A stretch of 64,000 nucleotides of DNA, from positions 6,905,957 through 6,969,956 of the forward strand of contig MU053881.1 of assembly GCA_013239625.1 (NCBI GenBank), written 5' to 3'. Of this stretch, positions 1 through 12,260 are shown piece by piece. Below the pieces are notes generated by a model that had not been told where the DNA came from, ran no database searches, and saw only the letters and a program-made list of their open reading frames with translations. Within the stretch, counting starts at the first letter, position 1. Each line of letters opens with the position of its first letter. The stretch comes from Lama guanicoe (lineage: Eukaryota). The position numbers and the translations under genes are program-made.

Positions 1-1215
1 CTGGAGGTGGGGAGGGGAGAGAGGCGAGCGATGTTGCTCTGCCCTCTGCCGGGTAAACACAATAAAACCGCACTTCATCCAGGAGCCCAGGAGCTTAACC
101 CGTTTCTTGGGATTCAGGTTATCTGAGTGGAAACCCTCCTTAGCTCCATGTCTTGGAAGTGGAGGGATCTTGCTGAGACACAGCAGCCTGGCTGGTAGAG
201 CAGAGGCCATCGTGGACTCTTGGCCCTGAACTTGGACCCTGGACTCAGTAGGGCGCGACGTGTACCCACCCCAAGACATGCGCGGTTTTTTCTTTTCTGA
301 TAAACCCTTGCTTGGAGTATCTGTTTCTCATGTTCCCTTTTCTCCTAAAAGTCAGATGTAGGCATTTGCCTCCTCTGGGTTCAGTGAAATGTCTTCTGTT
401 TACTGAATGACTGAATTTCTCTTTTTGTGGTTTGGCCGGGCAATGCCATTTTGCATCAGCTTGTTGTCTGGGATTGGTACCCGCCCATCTGCCCACCCTG
501 GCATCAGTGGCTGTGAGAAGCCCTCTGTGTCCTGAGACAAGTGCTAGGCCCCGCAGGGTGTCAAACAGGCCCCTCTGGTCACCAGAACGGCCCTGTAGCA
601 GCCTTTAAATGGCCTGGGATGAAAGGTTTGCAGGCAGGGCTGGCCCCTAATCAGAGCTACAGCTGCTTTCAAAGCTCACTGGCTTCGCTTGGTCTGTCTG
701 TCTCCTCTCTGTCCCTGTCAAGGATGCTGGGCACCTTGCAGGTGGGTCCCAAGGACAGGGACGTGTCATCTCCACCTGAGAAAGGAAAGGAAACAGAAGA
801 TGCCTGATCCAGGTGTTCCCCAAGGCTCATCTTCCCCATCCCCAAGGAGCCGTGGGAATGGCGCTCATAGATTCAGGGAGAATCTTGTCCCCAGCAGGGC
901 CCTTCTCCTGCCACCATGATGCTCTTGGGGGAGGGCACCTACTCCACTTCTTTGCTTGGTCTGAGCTGATTTGATAAAAAGAAACTTGTGGTCAAGAACA
1001 GACTTGACCATCCGAGGTGATCACGGACCAAGCAAGGTGGAGGGAGAAGGGGTGTGTGCTGGGTGGCAGGGCTGAGAACATGCCCTGGACTTCTCCTTTT
1101 GTTCCTCCCCAAAGGCAGCAGCTCTTGGAAGAAAGTTTGAAAGCCCCAGTAACCAGCCAGCTACTAAAGCCCTGTTTCCCTTCCCATTTTAACCCTTTGC
1201 ACATAAGTGTGAGTT

Positions 1216-1243
1216 ACACACACACACACACACACACACACAC
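1216..1243. repeat. (CA)n microsatellite
   Basis: Direct reading. Confidence 0.95.
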
Positions 1244-1674
1244 TTCCGTCCCCACCGCCGTGTGACCTTGGGCAGGCTGCTCTGAGGAGCCCACCCGGTT
1301 CATGCTAGCCGTTCTTTCCCACACCCCCCACCCAGCATCCCTATACTGTAAGCGGCACCAAACCCTGCAGACATCCACCCTCGACCAGGAAAGTGGGCCT
1401 TTACCGGGAACAAGGGGTCCTCGACCTTGGAGATGTGGCTGAGAAAAGTGACTGTGTCCTTCCCAAGCCACAGTACAGACGTGGGAATTTCCCCCGAGGC
1501 CCAGACCACATCTCCTTCTCAGCAGCCCCTTGTGGCCCCAAGAGCGAAAGGGAGGTCTCATGCCCCCCAACAAAGGGGAATTGCCTGTGACTCATACCCG
1601 GCCCTGCTCGTTGAGAAATCTGCTTCCTGGGGCTGGGGGTGGGGGAGTGGTGCGGAACTGGGGCCAGGGGAGGG

Positions 1675-1716
1675 GTGTGTGTGTGTGTGTGTGCGTGTGT
1701 GTGCGCGCGCACGCGC
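1675..1716. repeat. (GT)n/(GC)n alternating purine-pyrimidine tract
   Basis: Direct reading. Confidence 0.93.
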
Positions 1717-3214
1717 TATGGTTGGCTTCCTAGTAAAACAAGGCAACTTGCTGAGATTTCCCAGGACCAGAGCTTTCAGTAAAACCAGCTCCCAAACCAT
1801 CGAACCCCCTTCCTAGATGATCCGGTGTGGCCCACAGTGTTGACATTGTTTTAAAGGACAAGATGGAAAGAACTGAATGAGAAAAACAATTCAGCCACGT
1901 GAATGATTGTTCCCACAGTAATTAATTATGAAGCTGGATGATCCAGGGGGCCGGGGGGGTTATGGTACCAGGCACTTAGGCTAATGCCCGCTCCCCCTAC
2001 CCCCAGGCTCCACGGCCTTCTGCAGCTCTGCCTCCGGAGGGCGGTCAGGATTGCCACGCTGGATCTTGAGGGAAGGAGAAGTGAAGCTGTTTCCACTTTT
2101 GTTTTGCTGTTTCTTTTTTCTTTCTTTCTGTTTTTGCTATTGTGGCAAAAGGGAAATATCAATTTGGATATAAACAAAATGGGGAACTGAGACTCACCGC
2201 ATGATTTTCACCCTTTTCTCACTTCGGCAGAACAAGAGCCACGAACAAAGGCGCTTTCTGACGGCACAGTTTAACTTTCAGGCGAGGGGGTCGTCATTCA
2301 TTTAAAGAAAGGGGGGGCAAATCATGTCTGTTGACACTTATTTCTTCCTTATTTACTCTTTCCCCGCAAACCAATGACATGGTACTTGGGTCCCTGTGTC
2401 ACGGAGAGGAAATCGAGGTCGAGAGGCTTGTCCAAGGTCACGAGACAGGATCCCAAATCTGCTCCGATCGTTGCCGAACTTCCCGTGTTTTCCAAGTTCT
2501 CCTGTCATCTCTGGCTCTCACCTCCACCTCTTGTCAGTGACCTCACCCTTCACCCAGGAGCCCTGAGGGATTGCTCAGGAGTCAGTCCTGGACCAAGAGG
2601 TAGACGGCCCCAGGCTGTTTCCAGGCCAGGCTGCTCACTGTCCCCCTGCCTTGATGCTGAGAGGAGACCTGGGGCCAAGGTGACAGCTTCAGTTTGTTCA
2701 ACAGCAACGAGCCTGGAACTCAGGACAAAAGTTGACACCAACCAGGTGGTTAGAAGAAGGACCAGGTAAAGGTGGTGCTGAAGGCTCAACGCAGAGATAA
2801 GCCACAAACAAACTAAATTTGAAACAAAGCACACATGTCGTGTTTATGAATTCACTCGCTCCTTCACCCGCTCAGCAGTGGCTTATGCCTCTAACTCGCT
2901 TGCAGTGAAATCCAGACTCCTTTCCATGGCCTGCAAGGCACTGCGTGGCCTTGTCCCTGTGGGCCTCCCCGATCTCCCCTCCGGCCCCTTAACTTTTCCT
3001 ACTCTTTTCTGTTCCTCAGACACACGAGACTTTTGCACTTCAGGACTTTCTGCCCCTCTTTGCTCGGCTGTTCCTTTCTTACCATTTGAGTTTCACCCAA
3101 ATGCCACCTTCTCATAAAGTGACCTGACCATTCCTTCTAAAGCAGCACCCCCAGGGACATCGTCCTGGCTAATTTACGGCACTTCTCGCTCACCCGTCTT
3201 TCTCGTTTGTTTCT

Positions 3215-3455
3215 CCCATCTGACTATTCCTGAGTTATATCCTTTTGTAATAAATGGGTGGTCTAGTACGCAAAATGTTTCTGTGAGTTCTGTGAGTCGC
3301 TCTAGCAAATTAATAGAACACTCAGGGAGGGTTAACCAGGTGGAAGTACAGGTGGCAGCTTCTAAGGTTGGCCCGTGAATTTGGGGGGCTGGGAGAGGGC
3401 AGTCTTGCGAGACTGAGACCTTAACCTATGGGATTTTGAATGCTATCTTCACTGG
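3215..3455 (+). mobile_element. MER21-like LTR fragment within an L2 remnant
   Basis: gtttctgtgagttctgtgagtcgctctagcaaattaatagaac...cagtcttgcgagactgagacc resembles recalled MER21 consensus. Confidence 0.65.
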
Positions 3456-3924
3456 AATTGGGTCCAGAAACCCTCAGTACTCAAGAATTATTTGTTGATA
3501 AAAGGAACAAACGGAGACCACAGTGAGAAGTGAGGCTGACAGCGTTGACCAGAGTTGGGAAATGCTAAGCTAAGGAATCTAGACCTTAGCCGGAGGACAG
3601 TGGGGAGTCACAGAAGGGCTGGTGAGATGGGCATTCCTGGCAGTCACCCTGCTGCGGCACAGGAGACGTGCTGGGACAAGCCCACGCTGGAGCTTCAGGC
3701 CCCTGAACTAGACTTTGTAATCACCATTATTATTATTATTATTTTTGTCTCAAAGGGCTCCTCCCTGTTCAATTATAGAAGCAAGTCTGGAGCCTCCTCT
3801 GAAAATACAAAGGGAGCAATTTTGGGGGAAAACAATCTGAGTTCCATTTGGGTCATGCTGAGTTTGGGGCACATGAAGGAACTCCAGGTGGAGATGCTCT
3901 GTAAGGAGAGGACTGCGGTGGTTA

Positions 3925-4105
3925 CAGACTGGGTCAAGGTTTGAATCCTGGTTTCAGGCTGTGTGAACTTGGGCCAGTGGTTCGATCTCTCTGTAATCTG
4001 TAAAATGGGATAATTATCATAGTACCATCCTCCTAGGGTTGTTGTAAAGATCAGATGCATGCAAAGTGCTTAAACAATGCCCAGCGTGTAGTAGGTCCTC
4101 AAAAC
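3925..4105 (+). mobile_element. MIR SINE
   Basis: MIR core tctgtaaaatgggataat...gggttgttgtaaagat. Confidence 0.8.
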
Positions 4106-5199
4106 TAGTTACACATCAGTCGTTTGTATCTTATGGGGAAGTGCAGATCTGGGAATCATGAGAGTGATGGAGGCCTTGAAAGGAGCTGGATCCTGCAGGA
4201 AGTGTGTCAACGCATGATAAAGAGGTCAGGGACAGAGCTCTGATATCTATTAGGGTGACCAGAGAAAGAGGAAGTAGCTAGAGAGGCTGACAAGGATCAG
4301 CCAACGCGGTGGGTGGAGGAGAGCAAGTCCTAGACGCCAAGGGAGGGGAGGATGCCCATCAGGCACTTGGGCCTGAGTGTCACCTGCGGTTGAAAGTCCA
4401 GGCTGCTGGCGTGGGCCTCGGGGAAGCCACCAGTGAGCCCTGCAGAGAGCTTCAGTGCAGAGTTGGGCACTGGGGAGTGAACGTGTGTGCAGATAGCCAG
4501 TGTAGACCGTGTCCTCCTGAGAACTGTGGCTATGAGGAAAAGAGGAGGGCAGAGGCAGAGGGAGAAGACTTTTTGATGACTGGTTTGTTTTGCTCTTGGA
4601 GGACGTGGTTCGTTGTTCAAAGATAAAAGCCACAGGCTTTGGGGCTGTGAAGAAGAGTTGGTTGAGAAGATTTGAAGATACGGGAAAGCAATAAAAGAGT
4701 GGATGGAAAACGTGACTGTCTTGGAAGAATTAGGAAGGGGAGGGTGGAGGACAGAGGGAGGAGTCAACCCTAAATCGCTCTCTGAGTCCGGAAGGAAGGG
4801 GTGAGGGTGGGAAGTGGGGGAGTTACGCCTGCTAGCCTCAGTTTTTCTCTATGAAGTAGGATACTAGGTCATCTGTGGAAATCTGTAAAGATGTAACATC
4901 TCTCCAACTGTGGGGCATTGAGGACAAATTGTGATTAAGAAACTTAAAATCTGCAGGGGGAATACAGGGTTGGGGGAACCAAAGTTGATGGGAAAGTTAT
5001 TAATATCCTTATAAATTACTGCACATTGAGTTATACAAAGCAATGAACACAGCACACCCAGTGAGGACCTCAGAGGCAATTTGCACATCTTTATTAAAAG
5101 AACTATACAGTTCATTTTCATTTACGACCCTTTGTTTGCTTGCTAGCTGCTTGAAGCGTTTCAGGATCTTCCTACCCTGCAGTTTAAACAAAATGCTTA

Positions 5200-6660
5200 C
5201 GCATCAATTTTTTAGATTGTGAATAATTTCCAACACACAACAAAGTGGAAAGAACTCCACAGCGCACACCAATATTACCCACCACCTAATTTCGATTACG
5301 GACATTTCACTAAAGCTCAGTTATTTAAACAAACTTTAAATTTTAGATTTAGAGAAAAAAATGTGAAGATCATGCAGAGGTCCCTTGTACTCAGTTTCCT
5401 CTGCTTATTAACATCGTACATTAGTACATTTGTTCCAGTTAATGAGCTAATATTAATGGATTGTTATTAGCTGAAGTCAGCACTGTTTTCAGATTTTCTT
5501 AGTCTTGGCCTAATACCCTTTTTCTGTTCTAGGATCCCATCCAGGATGCCACGTTACATTTTGTTGTCCTGTCTCCTAGAGGTCCTCTTGGCTGTGACAG
5601 TTTCTTAGACTCTCCTCGCTGTTGGTGACCTTGGCAGTTTGAGGAATAATGGTCAGGTACTTTGTAGTGTCCCTCAACTGGGAATTGTCTGATAACTGTC
5701 TTCTTAAAAAAAAAAACTAATAGTTTATTTTTTCCAGCTTTATTGAGATAGAATTGACATATAACAGTATGTAAGTTTAAGCTGTACAGTGTGATGATCT
5801 GATACGCTTTGATATTGTGAAATGATCGCCACAGTAAGGTTAGTTACTACCGCCATCACCTCGTGTAACTATCACTTCCTTTTTGTGGTGAGAACATTTA
5901 AGATCTACTCTCTTAGCAACTTTCAAGTATGGAAAGGCAGTATTGTTAACCGTTATTGCCATGCTGTGCATCAGATCTCCGGAAGTTATTCATCTTATAA
6001 CTGTAAGCTTCTGACCTTTGACCAGCATCTCCCCATTCTCCCACCATTCTACTCTCTTCTTCTGTGAATTCGGCTGTCTTAGATGCCATATATAAAGGGT
6101 ACATACAGTATGTGTCTTTCTCTGACTTATTTCTCAACATAATGCCCTCCAGGTCATGTTGCTGCAAATGGCAAGATTTCCTTCTTTCTTGTGGTTAAAT
6201 AATATTCCATTTTTTATATATATATATACACACACACATACACACACACACATTGTGTATATATATAATTATGTAAAATTATATATAATAATTATATATA
6301 TAATATAATTGTGTATAATTATATATGTATAAATACCCCATCTCTTTATCCATCCATTTGTAGAGGGACAATGATTGTTTCTGTATCTTACCTATTGCGA
6401 ATGTGACGATTTTCTCAGGATCAGACTGGGATTACGGGGTTTTGGAAGGAAGACTGCCAGTCACATCACACCACATCAAGGGGACCCACTGTCACCATGT
6501 CTTATCACTGTGGAAGTTGGTCTTGATCACTGGCTGAGGGAGCATTTGTCACGTTTTTCCAATCCAAAGAGTGAAGTCACTCTTCTTCCTCCCTTTCCGC
6601 ATGTACTCGTTAGAAGGAAGGTCCCTGTGAGCAGCGCACACGTACAGAGTGGGGAGTGAT
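5200..6660 (-). mobile_element. Old L1MC-like 3' fragment interrupted by a younger L1
   Basis: L1MC-like sequence stops near 5692 (gggaattgtctga) and resumes near 6408 (ttttctcaggatcagactggg). Confidence 0.6.
5722..6405 (-). mobile_element. L1MA-like 3' end with internal (TA)/(CA) tract
   Basis: tttattgagatagaattgacatataaca...gtggtgagaacatttaagatctactctcttagcaac. Confidence 0.75.
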
Positions 6661-7829
6661 GCTCACGTATCTATCCGCCAAAGAGCCATCCCTCTATCCA
6701 CCCAACAATCCATACTTTCTTTGTTATACATCTCAAAATTAATTTGCAAATTTATTTTATTTTTTTGAGGGTGACACACATGCCAAGGGATATTTTATCT
6801 GTGCCCTGTCTGGTCCTCATCCCACGTTTTGATTGTCGGCAACTTCTGGGTTCTGCCTCTAGGTCCCCCTGGGATCTCCAAAGCATGAAAAACTCTCAAT
6901 CGTGAAAAGGAAATAAGCCTGGGATGATTAATCTATTTGCCTGACTACCGACTAGACATTTCTCAAAGCCCCTTGCCGGTCTCGGAGATGACAGGTCTTG
7001 GTTGTGCCAAGGCAACATCTTGCCCAGCACGTGTGGGCAGTGCCCCCGACCCTCGCTGCCTGAAGGCCAGCTTCTCTGGCCTGTTCCTGTGTCTCTTCTA
7101 GGGCTTCAGTGCCATAAATAAATAAATAAGTAAAAATGATACATAAATCTACAGCCCTCCTTTTCCTCTGCTGACCTCATCTCCATTCACAGCAACCAAT
7201 TCCCTCTTTTGCTAATTACCCGCATTAAGAGGGACGCTAGATTCACACACGGGGGTGGAAATTCTCCATTTTCCAATACACATGCACACTTTAGACTTGC
7301 ATTTCACATAAAGTGAACTTGGGATTGAAGACACACAGGGTGTGTTTTATAAGGTACATACAAAATAGCGTAACTACAACGCATTTCACAAATACACCAA
7401 ATTAGATATTTTGCACTGATGTGCAAAAAGCTGTACGGATCTAGCCCAATTGGAAAAAGAATGGAAAGCTGTTAGATCCAGCAAATTCTTGCCTAAGTGG
7501 AAACTACTTCGGAAACATCTGTCTTTCAGTTATCAACCTACGTCTTCGTTGACACTCATCACATTTTGTCATTTCCCCCCATAGCTTCTGTCTACATCAC
7601 GTTGTACATTCCATGAGCACTGGATGTGTGCTGGTCAGAACCACCTGTACTGGTTGGCTGGTTGGGTGGACGCCTGGACAGATGGATGGATATAAGTTCT
7701 AAATGTTTCATAAGAAATGCCTCATCTTTTCGTTGTGCCATTTAGTCTTCCTCCCTCAACACACAGGCATTAGTTGTGATGGCTGACCACCTTCAAAGTC
7801 TATTGCTATTCCCAGGATTTAAAAAGTTT

Positions 7830-8460
7830 TGCTTTTTAAATTAACATATAGTACGTTGAGATTTTGTGTGTACAGTTCTATGACTTTGAATATCTGGGTT
7901 TGTGTAGCATCGCCACAATCAGGATACAGAACAGGTTTTAACACCCAAAAAACTCCCTTCTCCCTTCTGCTGTCCCTTCATAGTCATACTCTATCCCCCT
8001 CCCCTAGTCTCTGGCTAATGAGTTCCCCATCACTATAGTTTTGTCTTTTTGAGAACGTCATATATATGGAATCTCACACTACGTACCTTTTGAGGCTGAC
8101 TCCTTTCCCTCAGAATGACACCTCTGAGATTCATCCATGCTGTTGCATGTATCCAGAGTTCATTCTTTTTAATCCCACAGTGGCACTCCATGGTATAGAC
8201 CTATCGCCATTCGTTCATCCATTCACCAGTTGAAAGACATTTGGGTTATTTACATTTCTTGACAATTATGAACAGAACTGCTATCAACATTCATGTACAG
8301 GTTTGTGTGAACATACATTTTCACCTCTCTAGGGCAAATGCCTGAGAATGGGAAGGCTAGTTCCTGTTTGCTAAGTGAATATTTAACTTAATCAGAAACC
8401 ACCAAACTGGTTTCCAAAGTGGCTGTATCATTTTGCATTCTTATCAACAACAGAGGAGAG
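7830..8460 (-). mobile_element. Old L1M 3' fragment
   Basis: attcaccagttgaaagacatttgggtt...aaactggtttccaaagtggctgtatcattttgcattc. Confidence 0.75.
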
Positions 8461-9139
8461 TCCCAGTTGCTTTGCTATATCGTCCCTGGAAGCAGAGCCA
8501 CTTTGGAGCTGGACCTCATTTCGCTCCGTGCTAGACCAGCAGGGCGGGTCTCCGGGACTGAAGCCAGCCTTCGTGATGCGCACCTCGGCACAGGAGAGCT
8601 CTTTGCGATCTGGCCTTGGCTTCCTTCCCCAGCCCCGTGGATGCGTGAGCTCTCCCAGAAGCTCAGCACACACCCTCGTGCTTCTGGACACCCACACCGG
8701 CTTTGTGTTTTGATGTGTATTGTTTAGCTGTCACTTTCTGAGCCCTTTTCTGTGGCAAACACTTTGCTGAGCACTGTCTTATTCTTAACTATTATTGTTA
8801 AATATTTCAAACATAATACAAGCACTTTCTTAATTATTATTGTTAAGTAGTTCAAACACAAAAATGATAAGTCCCAATGCACTTCTCATTCCAATTTGAG
8901 AAATTAATATTTCCCCCTTAGCTTCAGATCCTTTTGTTTTAAGAATTAAAATTTTACAAATACAGTGACCTCCTCCCCGCCCTAATCTCATTTATCTCCC
9001 TCCTTCCATCCCTCCCTCTCTAGAAACAATTGCTTGGCAAAGACTGGTAAGTAGCCCCTCTCCCATGTTTCTTATACACTTAACTACCAATGTAAATATT
9101 CATAAAGAATATATAGTATTATTTGCTTAAGCCCTTTAT

Positions 9140-9630
9140 CTTTTTTGTTGTTGTTGTGATGACAGACATAACATGAAATCTGTCCTCTTGACAATTTTTG
9201 GAAGTACAGTCGTGTGAGCTGTATCTGCACTTTGCTGTAGAGCAGCTCTCTGCAACTTTTTCATCTTGTGTGACTTTCATCTTGTATGAGATGCATTGAA
9301 CAGCGACCCCCCTCATTTCCCCTAGCAGCTCTTGGCAAGCATCTTTCTGTTTTCTACTTGCACTGAAAAGCACTGGGCTAGTTTAGATCCCTCTTATAAA
9401 TGGATTAGTGCCGTATTTATCCTTCTGTGACTGGATTATCTCGTTTAGTGTAACGTCCTCAAGGTTCCTCCTTGTTGTAGCATATGGCAGGGTTTCCTTC
9501 CTTTTTAAGACTGAATAATCTGCACCCCCACATTCACTCTGGCATTACGTTACAATTGCCACAAGGTGGAAACAACCTAACTGTCCATCACGGGTGACTG
9601 GATAAAGAAGGTGTGGTCTATACACGCAAG
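9140..9630 (-). mobile_element. L1M fragment with inverted 5' segment
   Basis: Minus-strand L1 3'UTR to ~9519, then 9521-9628 in the opposite orientation. Confidence 0.75.
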
Positions 9631-12109
9631 TGAGCCTTTTCCTTTTTAACACAGTGTCTAGTTTAATCTGTGTGCATATTATTGTTCCCATTTTACAGAT
9701 GAGGAGACAAAAGCCCAGTTAAATTAGCAGATGGGGGAGGCTTGCAAATACCTGCTTGGCTTAAACTGCCCCCCTCACCCCTTCCTTTACCTCCGCTGTC
9801 TCACCTGCCATGACACACAGAAAGGTCGGCACCCATCTGCTCCTTTGGTCCCACACTAACCAGAGCCATGGCACCAGCACCAGTGAGCCGTGAGAGACAG
9901 ATCACGCATCTGTCTGGCTCAGGAGGACAGGCACTGGGTGCTGGTCGACTGTGGATCCCCAGCTCAGAGCACACTGTCCAGCACCTGAAAAGTGAATAAT
10001 AAGTTTCCGATGAAAGTTGGAAGAAAACAGTGAGCAAATGGAAGGTGACTCCGAGGTAACTTCTCCAGCGCCAGGAGCACATGCTTCGCCCATGCCCTAG
10101 GGTTAACACCAGCCAGAACTCTTAATATTTCCAATTCACGGGCTTCCGGCTTCCCAGAACTTCCCTTTGTATAATCAGAAAAAAACCCAACTTGCCTTTT
10201 ATCATTTGCTCATCAGACATTGGATAAGGAGAGGCTATCTCTCTCACCCAGGCTTGGTTTTGCTGATACTTGCCAATAAAAAGTGGATGGCCGAAAACAA
10301 GCGGAAGCTTACAGGTCATCTGCCTCAAGGGAAGAAGTGGCACCAAGATGCCTCCCTCGGGCTGACACATCTGGGACCAGAATCTGACCCGAGACCCTCC
10401 CCCTCTGTGGAGTCTCAGATTTCAGACCTTCATGTCTCAGCATCATGGTTTTTGTCCTCTCTCCGATTAAACACAGTTACTTCTGTGTCTTTATTATTTT
10501 GTTTTAATTCAATTAATTTTTTTAACTCCAGAAAATCTTTCCCTCTTTCTGAGCAGCATCGCATGAAACCATGAGTTAGACGAGCTATTTGTATTTTTCC
10601 GGAAACATGTGTTTGTGTGCATGTGCACGATACTTAACATTGTTCCAACGTGTGTATATTCATCTGTATTTTAACTCAAATCGCTTTGCCTGCTGCACCA
10701 GTGGAACTCTGCCCGACACAAGCTGCCGTTCGGTGTGGACCTGGATGTGGCCACACTGGATGCACGGCTCAGGAAATACACTGGTGTGCAGGCGTCAGTG
10801 AGGAAACCAAACCAGAGAGTCTTACTCTTTTTAGATACCAAACCTCCAGATCCAGCATTGCCCAGGCTAGACTGGGTATTTCTTGATACATGAGTTCTCC
10901 AGGAGGAGAGGTACGACCCAGAGTTCTTCATCTGTAAACAGGGGTCCAAAGTCCCTAGAGATCAGACTAGGCTCCTGGTTACAGGCAGGAGAAACTGATT
11001 CCATGGTAAACACTGAGCAGTTCTGGGGCAGGAGTGGGGAGTGGCGTTTAAGAAATTGAAGGGGATGAGAACTGGCTTGGAGAGTGGACAGCAGCCATGG
11101 GACCTCAGAGGACCAGGCTGCAGGAGCCACACAGCAGGTCCCACCTGGAGAGCCAGGTGATGCATACACAGTTCTCCAGATGCCCCAGGTGAACCTGTGT
11201 CTCTCTTTGCATCACCAGCTCAAACCTCAAAATCCTGGGACGGAGGGTCTGATGGGCCGAGGAAAGGGGAAAGGAGAACTAACCGCTTCGGTTCTACTGC
11301 GTAACACACACTCCTTCCACCGTGGCTGTGCTGGTGGAGGCATTCCCCAAGGGACGGGCACAGCGCTAATCGGAAGGCGGATGGTGACGGCGGGCAGCTG
11401 AAAGAGGCAACCAACCCCTGTGCCGACATTTCCAAGTTGCTTGGAAAATTTGAAATAATTTGTACAAAGCTTCTGATAGAGTGCCTGGTACCCAAATAAT
11501 TAATTCCATGGCAGCTATATGGAAACATTTAAGGAGATGGAAAAATAGAAACTCTAACTTAAAATAAAATAAAATGAAATGGTGGTTATCTTCCTGGGAG
11601 GACTTGAAAGAGCCAGTGTAGAACTGTACTTTAAAAGCTCCCTCTTTTCTAGACCAAACTGCCAATTATGAACAAAGCAGTTTCTAACACACGGTTTCTG
11701 CAGACAGAGCCCGTGCTGTGGCCTGCAGCTGGAGGCAGCACATACATTGCCAGAAGAAATTTAAATGGAAAATTGCACACCTTCAGAATGACTATGTCCT
11801 CAGGAAAGGAAGCGGGACTCTGGGCTTACACTGCCCAGCCAACAGAAGGCACACCGCAAGGGCCCCCTGAGAGGCTGGTCTAAGGCGGAAAGAAAAATAA
11901 AATGTCACAGCAGAAGGCTTAAAACAAAGGATGAAAGGGCCCTGGACCACGTTCCCTTCCGGACAGAGTAGAAATGATTGCTTCAGTTAGTGTTTTTATC
12001 AGAATGAAACAAAAATGTCACCCTTTATTACTAAAATCCCCCAAACATCCTGTCTGTGGTTACCGTGTAGCATTTCCAATGCCAGTTTGCAGTCTGGAGC
12101 CCCCTCAGC

Positions 12110-12260
12110 TGTAAGAATTACCTGGGAGTTTGCTAACAGGACAGACCCCTGGGACCCACCCGGAGATCTGAGCCAGAGGGACTGAGACCCAAGATCTGCA
12201 CTGCCCTCAAGCTCACCATCCAGGGAATCTCTGAGCTGGTGGCCAAGCCTGAGCTTAACT
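12110..12260. mobile_element. MER5-like hAT DNA transposon remnant
   Basis: agaattacctgggagtttgct...cctgggacccacccggagatctga resembles recalled MER5A. Confidence 0.55.

Noticed and set aside
6211..6330. AT-rich quasi-palindromic tract
   Set aside because: Expansion of the (TA)n segment inside an L1 3'UTR
7409..7428. Hairpin TTTTGCAC-TGAT-GTGCAAAA
   Set aside because: An 8-bp stem is expected by chance in 64 kb
8770..8860. Imperfect ~45-bp tandem duplication
   Set aside because: Two copies only, AT-rich, at the edge of an old L1; no functional signal
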